Part shown: positions 1 to 12,820 of the stretch, piece by piece
Position numbering within the stretch: the stretch's first letter is position 1
Layout of the letters: every line of letters begins with the position of its first letter
DNA from: Ptychomitrium polyphyllum
Taxonomy: Eukaryota
NCBI GenBank assembly: GCA_973851085.1
Contig: OZ316775.1
Location: 2,356,001-2,420,000 of the forward strand
DNA: 64,000 nucleotides
Direction: 5' to 3'
Notes under the pieces: generated by a model
Database searches by the model: none
Told to the model about the DNA's origin: nothing
Seen by the model: only the letters and a program-made list of their open reading frames with translations
Made by a program: the position numbers and the translations under genes

Positions 1-106
1 ATAATATTATATATATTTTTAGTTTCCATTGGCTGATGAGAGCACATGTTTGGGAGAGGATCACTTCAACCTAAAAGTCTCTTATCTGGTGCATCTATTT
101 CTGCAG

Positions 107-3100
107 TCACGTAGATCAGCTCGCGCAAAGCATGGAGCGGCAGAGAGCAGCACAAAGACGCACGCGGCCTCGAACGATCACATCAAACTTCCAAGCTCTG
201 AGCCATGTTGCAAAATCTCGCCGCTGGTCGTGGCACCGAGGGAGCCTGTCCGCCGGTCATCTCGGCTGCGAGCCAAGAAGGGTCGGAATGGCGCCAAGAC
301 AGAGCCCACAGAAGACACGGAGGCAGCAGAATGGGTAAGCAGAGTTCTCGCCAACAATGGAATAGTGGAGGTGGATCCAGTGACTATGGCGGAACTCAGC
401 GCTGGGAAAACGGACACCACCAATACTCATAATCGTATCGCTAGTCTCACTACTTCATCTGAGGTTCCTGACTACTTCCCCCCCAGGGGTCCCGCGTTTC
501 CCAGATTTCCCGGAGTGCCTTTTGAAGTTGCCATAGCTGCTGGTGAGAACACTTTTTTTAATACAAGTGAGCTGTGAATCATTTGACAACTTATAATTTT
601 GAGAGGGAAACAGTTACAAGTTTTGGACGGCTTATGATTAGTGTTTGGTCATGATGGATACAGGCTCTGCTATTGCTCTGGCTACGGTTGCGGCTATATT
701 GAACTCTCTAAGTAATCAAAGAGTTGGAGCTAAATCCAGGCAATCTGATTCTGAAGAAAACAACTTTGGTAGCGACTTTGCTGGTGAATCTGTCAAATCG
801 TCGAGTGATTCTAATCCTCCCCTTCTGACGAGGGACAAGAAACTACCGGCGGATGTGTTGGCAAGCACAGCAGGTGTATCAGCTGGAGCAGCAATTCTTA
901 CCGCGTTCGATCTGCAACCTGGTTCGGTGAGGACAGGATTTGATTATTCTTCGATGCCCTTGCCTCCGAGCCTCTCGAAGAATGGGTCAAACCGTGACTC
1001 GCCACCCCGTGAACGACAAAGGAAGTGGGACTCTGTTCGTCCCTTCTTCACTCCACACAGGTCACCTGAATCTTTTCCGAGGCCAACTCCTTCTAATTCG
1101 AAGTGGTCAGAAGAAAAATACAAGTCTGTCTCCCCTTTCTTCCCTTCAGACCGGTCGGCTGTGAATGGTTTATCATCGGAGAGTATCACCCCTTTCTTTG
1201 CTGATGATCGAGGTAGGGAAGTCAAGAATGGACCTTCCTTGGAGGCTGTTACGCCTTTCTTTGCAGATGAACAGGGCAGTGAAAGTAACAACGGGACTTC
1301 TTTGGAGAGCGCCACCCCTTTCTTTGCTGATGATCGAGGCAGGGAAGTCAAGAATGGACCTTCCTTGGAGGCTGCTACGCCTTTCTTTGCAGATGAACAG
1401 GGCAGTGAAAGTAAGAACGGAACTTCTTTGGAGAGTGCCACCCCTTTCTTTGCTGATGATCGAGGCAGGGAACTCAAGAACGGATCTTCCTTGGAGGCTG
1501 CTACGCCTTTCTTTGCAGATGAACAGGGCACTCAAAATAAGAGCGGGACTTCTTTGGAGAGTACTACCTCTTTCTTTGCAGATGATCAAGGCAGGGAACT
1601 CAAGAATAGACTCTCATTGGAAGATGTTACTCCTTTCTTTGCTGATGAGCAGGGTAGAAGTTCAACAGGCGTGTCACAATCAAAGGGCAGCTATCAGAAT
1701 GTAACGCCATTCTTCCCGGATGATCGTGTTGTGAGATCAGGCAGAACCGGGCAGCCGTCTAATTCAGGGTTCAGGGAGCAGTCAGGTATCTGGGATGGAG
1801 AAAGCAATGAGGCAATGAGAGATCCTTTGGCTGAGGCTTCGTCGGCTGATTCAGTGCCAGAGCTTCGTAGAATAGTGAATCTCAAAGGACGAACTCCAGT
1901 GCATTCTTCTCAATTCACTGACCAGAGGAGCGTGGGGGATGAGCGTGTTTTTGCGGCTGTTCCCGAGGACCTTCTCAGTGGCCCTATGCAGTCGGAGGGG
2001 AAACAATTGCTGGCCGATATGGCAAACAGGTCTCAAGATCAGCACAGAGAATTCATGGATGGCACTACCGAGGGCAGGTTGGCTTCAGAGATGAGCAATG
2101 CTATATCATTCAGAGATGGAGAAGCCCCGTCGGTAGCACGTAATTTGTCACCTGAGGAGCTTGCGCTTCTAGAAGAGATAAAGGTCAATTTTTGAAATTT
2201 TGATTTTTTCTGCATTTTAAAGGTCTCGGTATTTCTAATTTACTTGGAGTTTCCGAGACTTTTTAGGGAAATGTTTTGAGAGTTATCTCTGGAAAAGATT
2301 CATATCTGATGGTGCAATGATAATAGAAGATATGTCGATACCTAGTTACAGTATTGTCGTGGATTACACACACTGACAGTTGGCATCCACGTCCAGGAAG
2401 AAGAAGAGAGGCGACATGCTAAGTTCCAAGCACTGCAGTCTGCTTTCCCAGCTTTGGCTATTGGAGCGGGTGCTATAGGTGCTCTTGTTGGAGGTAAGAA
2501 ACATTTTTAATCTCATACAACTTTCTTTTTTATTGGAACTTCAGTTATCATGTTACATTTTACTCACGAAGAATGAGTATGATTAATGACCTTTGATGCA
2601 GGGCAGGTCAGGTCAACAGCAAATTTTAGTGTAACGTAGTTACGATTAATTCTAAGAATGCTTTGTGGCAAAATCACAAAAGCGCAGCTCTTGCCAAAGT
2701 GCTGAACTTGCAGTCTGTTTAATTCTTGAACAATGATCTATGTGTTGCAGTGGATGGAGCGTTTGAAATGGTGGGACTTACTGCGACTGCCAGCTTCGTC
2801 TCATATGAATTGCTGTGGGCGAACAAAAGGTTTGTTCTTGAAATTCTTTTCATATATGGAATGTGTACATCTTTGAATACATCCTCTTAAGAAAGTGAAG
2901 CTGGGAGTGCGTATCTGCGTAACCATATGGCAATATTGTTTCATTTATCTATCCGCAGCTCTACAAGAACAAGTCTTGTCTACATGAGTGTATAATATAT
3001 TGAGTGGAAATTTAATCTCCTGAGCTAAGTTTTTCTGTCCTCAGGAAAGAGCTTTTGGACGAGATTTCTACGATCACCGATCACCACAAGCTCTTCAGGT

Positions 3101-3138
3101 TCCTTCAGAAGAGGAAGATTGTGAAGGACGATTGCTGA
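107..3138 (+). CDS. 5'-incomplete multi-exon gene: long hydrophilic region with TPFFAD repeats plus a C-terminal CURT1/CAAD-like two-helix membrane domain (probably plastid/thylakoid)
   Basis: Inferred exons 107-566, 664-2183, 2397-2493, 2751-2829, 3045-3138 all have GT-AG junctions, are phase-consistent and total 2250 nt ending in TGA. The C-terminus AFPALAIGAGAIGALVGVDGAFEMVGLTATASFVSYELLWANKRKELLDEI resembles the CURT1 pattern ELVGLxYxxWFVYRYLLFKxxRKEL. The 566/664 junction is the least certain; an alternative start is ATG 651. Confidence 0.75.
1186..1655 (+). repeat. Coding tandem repeat, 63-bp (21-aa) unit, 8 core motifs, alternating A/B types (126-bp higher-order period)
   Basis: TPFFADDRGREVKNGPSLEA alternates with TPFFADEQGSESxNGTSLES; cctttctttgctgatgatcg recurs at 1191 and 1317. 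Confidence 0.95.
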
Positions 3139-3547
3139 AGCAGCGACAATGTTTAGATAATTTGGTTCGGAGAAGTCGGACACTTGATCAACAGATTTGT
3201 GAGATTACCTACTGTAATGTTATGGATATGGGACCTTAGTTTGAGTTTATTGATCTTCTCTAGTTTGCAGAGAGTGAGTGTATATTAAAGAGGCTAGTCA
3301 TGTAAGTTTGGGAGTGTGCTGTACGGTATACGTGATACTGAAAGCAAGGGCCACCCAGAGTGTACCCCTAACCAAATGGTCATTGTATCATAGTATGATT
3401 TGAAAATTGGATATAAAATGGTTCTGTATAATGTGTTACATGTTCTCAATTTGGTTGCCCAAATTGGTGTTCGTAGGAAAGGCCATTAGTTGTGTCGAGT
3501 TGTAGGATGGGGGGCTTGAAAGTTTATGTGGTGTTATTTACTGTTTT

Positions 3548-3584
3548 GTGTTCAGTGTTCAGTGTTCAGTGTTTTAGTGTTCAG
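3548..3584. repeat. Short 7-bp tandem repeat (GTGTTCA) x5
   Basis: gtgttcagtgttcagtgttcagtgttttagtgttcag read directly. Confidence 0.8.
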
Positions 3585-5544
3585 CGTCCTTTGCTACATG
3601 AGTTCTTTGTAAGGATGAAAGGGATGCTGCTAATGTTGGACTCAATTCCGAGGCATATGCTTTTCCTGTCTACCTTAGCTTTAGCAATGAACCCACCCAT
3701 GCACATGAGTTATGCTAGAATTGCTCCGTGCTGTGGACAAAATGTATAGGTACTCCAGAAACCCGTGGATAAGGTAAGTTGAGATATTCTATATCAATGT
3801 CGAAAATCAAATAAATCTCTGCACTTGAAAATGGAAATTGTCACTTCTCTTGTGAGAATTTGGGGTTCACCAGTGAACGCTTTCTAGCATTATCGAGTCA
3901 AAAGCATTATGTAACTGTCGCAAAGAAAAAAAGGTTCAAAAAGCATTGTGAGACCGTGAGATGTAACTTACTGGCGTGGTCACTCTACTGTACCAGAATA
4001 TCCAACTGGAGTCCCCGAACTTCATTGTCAGTCGGCAGATTGATCCAAAAATATCATATTTTTTTTTTATTTCTACGTCAACCTGTGAAGGAAATGAAAG
4101 GCCACCAAGTTCCCACTTATTTGGAAATTGTGCTTGTGCTTTAGATGTTGAAACCAACCCAAAGCAACCCCAAGAGCATCCCTACTCATCCATGTGGCAT
4201 CAAGTCTCGGCTGTGAAGTACTACTGCAAAGTAACCCATGAATTATTTCACATAACTTATTTTCTTCTTACTCAACTACCACTTCTCTGCAAGTAAGTGT
4301 TGCATTTAGTAAAGGAGGAACTTGGGATAACGATAACCAGCTCAAGCCTCCCATATATTAATGGTTGAATAGTCCATAATTCCTTAAAACCCAACCATGA
4401 AGAACTTATGGGTAGCAAGAGTATTCAACTTATATACTTATTAATGCATTTCATGTATGTTTGCCGACTTTGGGAATATTACTTTTTTTTTATTTAATTT
4501 TTTTTTATATATGTCTATGGTCATTATGAGTACTATATCATCTTCTCTCATCATCTAAAATGTATCAAAATATCTTTGAATATAAACTACAAAGTTGCAC
4601 TACCATCTAAATCATTACATGAAAGATATGACTGCTCATCACTTATAAACACATGTCATGTTTGTCTGCTAGATTGCCAAGTTAACTTTCGTCACATCAA
4701 CATCTTCCAACTCTGTAACACATCTACTTATCATATGAGTTTTGTTACGCCTGTCATTTACAATTGTCTTGTACATCTTTATAATATCTTTTATCCACCC
4801 CAACCCTGGATCATTCATTAAATATTCACTACTGGATTTTCTAGAACCGAAAACATGAATACAGCGCTACCATGAAAGGGGCTAAAAGCTTGATTATACA
4901 CACACACAGGACTGCAGTAACTAGTAGTCAATGAAAAGTGTAGTCTATAAATAGTTGAAGGACTGCTCACCCAAAACCAACACACCTAATACCATCATTA
5001 TCTACCAGGTGTATACAATCAAGGGTCTGAAATCTTAAAACGCCATCGATAATGGGCTGTGGTGTGCTCCCCTAAAGTACAGTAGACCCTCTTAGGAGCC
5101 CCCTGGCCTCGAGCAGAGGAGTGCATGCAGTGTACCGACAAAGGCACTCAAGCTGGAGAATGAAGAGAGAAGGAAGAGAGAAGGCGAAAGACGACATTCA
5201 CGGCGCAAGTCAAGGGCCACAGGAAGTGGCCGAGATGGCGATCGTTTAAGTTAGTGGTGCACTAACCCCATCACGATCTCATCCCCACGCCATGCCATCA
5301 GCTACTACCAAGTTAGTGACTCCGTTACAGCTGAACCGTGGCCATCGTTGGAGGCCCTTCCTACTAGAACTATAACTGGTCAGTCACCACACAATGCATG
5401 CATGATGGCGGTGTAGCCGGCTCACAAGGCCATACAATCCAGTAGACAGCCTGCAGGAGAGATGACGAGAGGAGCGAAAGGGAATCGCGATGTGCGCACA
5501 AGGGATCCAAACCATTCCTGGCTGTTAGCTTTTAGCATGATGTA

Positions 5545-5742
5545 AGCTTAGCTTAGCTTAGCTTAGCTTAGCTTGGCTTAGCTTGGCTTAGCTTAGCTTA
5601 GCTTGGCTTAGCTTGGCTTAGCTTAGCTTGGCTTAGCTTGGCTTAGCTTGGCTTAGCTTGGCTTAGCTTGGCTTAGCTTGGCTTAACTTAGCTTAGCTTG
5701 GCTTAGCTTGGCTTAGCTTAGCTGAGCTTGGCTTAGCTTAGC
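5545..5742. repeat. Pentanucleotide microsatellite (GCTTA/GCTTG)n, about 39 units
   Basis: Near-continuous run of gctta/gcttg units upstream of the ubiquitin-RING gene. Confidence 0.97.
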
Positions 5743-6850
5743 ATCAGTATGCGCAGTGCCTCTTTTTCTCTTTTCTTTCTCTCTCTCTGTTTGGGTGTAA
5801 ATTGTCCCCACGCTGAGGCTGTGCATGTCTGCATCCCCCGACTAAGCACTATAGGACTTGCCCCTGCGCACACACTTCCATTCGTCTCTTGCTGCGTGTG
5901 CTCTGCTCTGCTCCAATTGCCTCGAGGTTTGCCTCTTTCTTTCCACACGTCCTACTATTCACTCCACTATCATGCGCTTCTGTTTGTCTACCTTCTTGTG
6001 ATTGTTTCTGCACCACTTCTTGTGCGCCATGGCGTGAGTTTTCTGTCAGACCTAGCTGGAGCTATTCCTATCGTCACAGATGCTTATGTTTCTTGTTAAG
6101 TCATGTTTCTGTTTCCGTTTCTTGTCCTTGTTTGATTGTGATGGCTAAGCTCGGAGTACATGACGGCGCTTCTGTGTTTGCATTTCGACTTTGCATGTGT
6201 TTCAAGTGCAGGACTTCTTTGTGTAGTTTAAGAAAGATATTTTATGTCTGAGCTAGCTGGACCTTTTTTCTACCATCACTGGCTCTAACGTTTGTTGTTA
6301 TGACACGTTTGTGTTTGCGTTGCTGGTCCTATTTTTTGTAGTTTGTGATGGCTAAGCTAGGAGTTACGCTTGATCTGTGTTTAGAATTTGTTGTGTGTTG
6401 TTTAGGGAGGACGTTTTACGTCGGATCAAACCGGACATGATTACCACTGTGGCTGTTATGTGAAGATTTGTTTCGGTTTCGGTTTTGGTTGCTGTGTCTT
6501 GTTGTTTGTGATGCCCTTTTGCGATGCATGGTCACGCTAGGAGGCGGATTATATATTGCATTAGGTGAAGCTAGGAGAACAGAAATTTTCTTCCTGATTG
6601 TTCATGAAAGGTTTCTTGCGAGTATCAGTTGCATTAGGTGAATTAATAAGGAGAGAGGCGTTTTTTGCCTTTTTTCTTGATTGTCTGTAAAAGGCTTCTT
6701 GCGAATTGTGTGTTAAATTAGGTGGTTGAGTCTACCATGTGATTAATTTCTGGCGGAGATTAATATGCTTCGGAGCTGGACTTAATTTCCATCGTGGCTG
6801 TTGTGTTTGTAGCTCCTGGATTGTGTGGAGATCGGTGATCGGGTGACAGG

Positions 6851-8122
6851 ATGGAAGGACCGACGCTGCACTTGTCACAAATTGATGCGGATCGGAGGAA
6901 GTTCAAGGGATTTCTTGATGTTCCGTTCCAGAGCTGGTCGTCGGGGACGACAGTACGGGATCTCGAGAAAGAAGTATCGTCGCAAACGGGCTTAAGAGTT
7001 GTGTACATTTCGTATCGGGGGATGCGCTTGGCGAAAGATACGCAGCTCTCGACCTTGATTTTGGACCTTCAAGAAGGCTCGTGTCCTCGGTTTTCCGTGC
7101 ACACGACGTCGGGGGACAACATCTTCTTCGTGAAGTCGCTGCGCGGGAGTTCTGTGATGGTGGACATACCGCTCAATAGCAGCACCGTGAAGGAGCTTAA
7201 GGAGGAGGTGGAAGCATTGGAGAAAATTCCGAGCAAGTACCAGAGGTTCGTCTACAACGGGAAGCATCTCGCCGACAGTGAGCCTATCACGAAGACGTTA
7301 CACGATTACGGCGTGGAGAGAGACAGCACGGTGCAGCTCCTGACGCGGATGCGTGGCGGTGCACCGGACGTGCCTGCACCGATAGAATTCACGGACGTGC
7401 AGAATCAGAGTGCGCTGAAGGTTCTGCCATGGTCGAAGAGCGCGCCCTTGTGGCGCCTGGTCGGGGACGGGCTGAACCTTGAAGGCAAGTGCACGAACAA
7501 GGCGTGTATCGCGCACGGGCACACGGTCGTGTGTAGTAAGGGCTTCGTGGCTGTGAACCTGGTGAAGGAGCAAGGCCATTGCCCGATTTGCAAGCAGGCA
7601 GTGCGTGTGAAGACCTGCTCCTTTACGAGTTGCACATGGATGTACGAGGGCCGCAAGGCAGTCGCATCCGTCCCTCAACCGACCCGTGGATTGTTGCGAC
7701 GGTGTTCCGGCATTACGAAGATTCTCCCCGGCTTTTTCACGAAGTGCCTCGGTGAAAAATCTCGCATTAAGGATGACGAGGATCCCGTGACCAAGGAACT
7801 GAGCCGAGATATTATTAGTCGATGGTTCAAAGCTTCAAGCAAGTATGAGTATTTTAAACAAGAAAGCAACATGGTGAAGTGGGATAATCTTCTAATTATC
7901 GCCAAGAAATACCCTACTGTTTCCAAGGATGCTCTTGATGCCGTCGTTCCTCACGATGAACCTTGCTCAATATGTTTCCAGAAGTTCGGCACAAACTCAG
8001 ACGTGAAGACCCACACGACCTCCTGCGGGCATACTTTCCACGCAGATTGTGTGGAATCTTGGCTTTCCTGCGGCGGAAGTGCCTGCCCTATTTGCAGGGT
8101 TGATCTCGTTGTGGAGCAGTGA
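6851..8122 (+). CDS. Intronless 423-aa protein: degenerate UBL + ubiquitin-like domain ending in RMRGG + uncharacterised Cys-rich domain + C-terminal RING-H2 (putative E3 ligase)
   Basis: Ubiquitin-like segment IFFVKSLRG..TVKELKEEVEALEKIPSKYQRFVYNGKHL..TLHDYGVERDSTVQLLTRMRGG. RING-H2 CSIC..CGHTFHADC..WL..CPIC. A probable upstream intron starts at gtgagt 6034. Confidence 0.9.
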   Translation: MEGPTLHLSQIDADRRKFKGFLDVPFQSWSSGTTVRDLEKEVSSQTGLRVVYISYRGMRLAKDTQLSTLILDLQEGSCPRFSVHTTSGDNIFFVKSLRGSSVMVDIPLNSSTVKELKEEVEALEKIPSKYQRFVYNGKHLADSEPITKTLHDYGVERDSTVQLLTRMRGGAPDVPAPIEFTDVQNQSALKVLPWSKSAPLWRLVGDGLNLEGKCTNKACIAHGHTVVCSKGFVAVNLVKEQGHCPICKQAVRVKTCSFTSCTWMYEGRKAVASVPQPTRGLLRRCSGITKILPGFFTKCLGEKSRIKDDEDPVTKELSRDIISRWFKASSKYEYFKQESNMVKWDNLLIIAKKYPTVSKDALDAVVPHDEPCSICFQKFGTNSDVKTHTTSCGHTFHADCVESWLSCGGSACPICRVDLVVEQ

Positions 8123-9270
8123 TCCATCGATAGCGTTTCATGTTGTGCAAACGTTTGAAGTTCAGAGCATACAATCATAAAAACTCCTTGATGTGCTCCA
8201 AAGCATTCGTAACATGCGGTAACATGAAAAAGCAAATAGGCGCTCTGATACGCACTCTTCTTATTTCTGCTACAGTGAGGATTATCGGAAGTATACTACT
8301 GAACAAGATTTGCTGTTATCAGAAGATGAACTCTGTGCTCTTTCAAAGGCTGACGTGAATCGAGAGCCTTTTCCTTCTTTGTTTTGTCCTTTCGTTTGAA
8401 ACAAATGGAGCTTTGTTTCATTACAAGTCTTGGAGCAAGTCTCTTCCTTACTTTGCTGTTATCATTTCGAAGAGGTTTCTTAAAACCTTCACCTGTTGCT
8501 CGTATGAATATATTATGATTGATGTGCGCTTGACATGAACCGTTATCTGTCGTTTCTCGGTCAAGTCCTGCTGTGTCTAAGAACCAGTGTGATCCATGCA
8601 GGAAGGGTTGTGGGACTTTCCCCGTCTCACCAGTTATCATTTTGTTTACTACTTTCACGAATTCCAAACAGAAAAATACCAGGACTCTTTGAATATGCAT
8701 TGTGGTGGAGCCTTGTGGGAATGGATGTCCACCCTAGAAATCAGTGTTAATGAGGTTGTGCACGAATAAAATAGAAATGGTGTACCTACCACAACGATGA
8801 CACTCGGAGTAAATGTCTGACTTGCAACTTGCCAGCCACAAGCTTCACACTAGCGTGCAAAACCGCACATTGTAGTCATCGTTGGCGTAGACAAATGCGG
8901 AAAGTTCCTTTTCATGTGACTGCTTTGGGATAGCCAGAAGACGAACTCATGCAAGGCGCCTGTGAATCGTTCCGAGTCTTTTTGGAGTGTTAGAAAGTGA
9001 TGCATTGGCCTTCCCGTAAGGATTGTATGATGGTCACACTCAGTAAGGACATGTTTATGTATGATGTTTTCAGAAACACAGATTTCGTGACGTCGAAACC
9101 TTCAGATCAATGCAGGCATCTAAACTTTAGAGCAGCTTGGCCAAACTAACACCGCATCAAAGTGGTATGCTCGTCGAATTTACAAATAACAATACAAGGG
9201 AAATGCGTATCAATCCACGGCATTCGCTTCGTTGGGATTTGCTAGCCCGGACACCAAAGCCCACCATGAA

Positions 9271-10912
<1,642 letters not shown>

Positions 10913-12820
10913 GATTCACCTACAAGATTTTACTCTTGGATCTATTTCACCTACAAACTACCGGAAAAGTATTGTGATCACCTAGACCTGACCATCACGT
11001 AAATTCGAATCCTACTCTCAGTCCTCGATCAAAGTTCTATAAATGCTTCACTGCATTTGCAATTACATCTCAAATCTCAAGCCTGCAATGCGTTAGATTG
11101 CAGAAAATACACATTTCCAGAACGTGCGCCAGAGATCCTCGGAACCTAATCTCGTGAATCCCACTAGCATCAAGAAATTCACCGTGAAAGTTTAGACGAA
11201 TTCCTCAGAGAGATTCGGTATAGTTTACGTACCTGTCACTACCAGTCCAAAATGCACGAATTTCTAACACTAAAAGTCAAACACTAAGCTGCATCAAAAT
11301 CATAAAGCTAAAGCCACACACGGCGCCAACTAACTGGACTCTCTAAACAGCGAAACGACGCAGCTCAGAATTCGCCACAAACTAGTTGGACTTGTCGAAA
11401 AACAAGTAAAAAGAATCAGTTATCTCGACAACTTCAGTATCCAACCCTATCATTTCAAAATTCTAAAACAACCTCTCAAGAACCACCATGTGGAAACCAA
11501 TCACCAGCCGTTGAAATCCTCTCTCCACATCCACGACAACCACATCAAGTCACATATATAGTTGAACGCACCGATTCCAAAACGAACTTCCAGTAGTCAG
11601 CTACCCGCTCGAACACACCCCAGCTAGTAAAACACAAGACTCCAAAGAGGAGCTTTTGCGCTCTGTGACAGAGAAGTTAAACCACTGGTCTCAAAGTTCG
11701 AAAACTGGCCCAAACGAAGCGCTACGAAACGGACTGCACGGAGAGGATTCTAGGGACGCGAAGTGTGACGCGATGCTCGGCTAGTGCAAGCTGCGGTGGT
11801 GGCGATGGCGGTGAAGGAAGGATTCCTTTGCAAAGGGGAGCTCACAGGAGGTCCAAAACATCCACTTTGCGGGTGATGCCTGGGCAATACTTGAGTAATA
11901 CTCTAGTTATACTGGTACGGTACCGGATTTTACTCCTGCGTGTGTTTTCGAGAATAATGGGCAAGCATCCAGCGCTGCAAGTGGAGACTCCTTGTGGAGC
12001 CTCCGTGAAGGCATGAGACCAAGGGATCCACACCCAAGAGCGTCACAGTTCCTGAAACCAATATTATCTACCAGATGTTCATTTGACTAGGAGAAGTTTA
12101 TGAAGGGTGTAGATAATGTAGCCTAAGCGTATGCTTCTCGTTTGATGTGGTGGCTGAGGATAAGGGTGGAAGGGGATCAAGGGACGGAGAAGCTTGAAAC
12201 CAGAGTATCAGTGATCCTCTTCCTCTTTTGTGGAGGTCCTGGATATGTACTGTAAGTGATGTGATGTCAGATCTTCAATGGGGATATCAAAGTGCTGTGA
12301 TGAATCCACTAAGAAATGCATTTGGAATATGGGGTTTTCAGAGATTTTCTAGCTGGTAGACATCAATAAGTAGATATGGAAATGTCTACCAACTAGAAAA
12401 TTCCTTAGAAGCTTTGACACATTCTGAAAGAGAACACAACAATTTAAGTTGAGCTGCGAGCTTGACATGGCGTTTACTAGAAATACGCTTCTGGTTTGGA
12501 TAGATGTCAGGAAGCAAAGAATCACCAACCTCTACAATCACAAGAAGATTATCAGCTCCATAAATATAGAAGAAGGTTTAAGCCTCCAGCTGCAGTACAA
12601 AATTCTAAGAAAAACACACGGGACTGGTATTTACAAAAGTACCATCGGACTACCAACCACCCAGATTCAACCCTTGCAACCTCGACCTCTTATAGGATGA
12701 GGTGGCATATCTTATTGAAAAATAAATGTATGATGAATGGATAAATCGTGTCGATCAATTCAGAAGCTTCGGTTGGAAGGCTGGGGCAGGTTGTGCGTAT
12801 CTACAGATGGGTGCAAACTA

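Noticed and set aside
29..577. Independent 182-aa gene
   Set aside because: Starts at TTG, has an acceptor at 106 and a donor at 567 that splices in frame to 664; more likely an exon of the downstream gene
944..1704. Overlapping antisense and alternate-frame ORFs in the repeat exon
   Set aside because: By-products of a stop-poor 63-bp coding repeat
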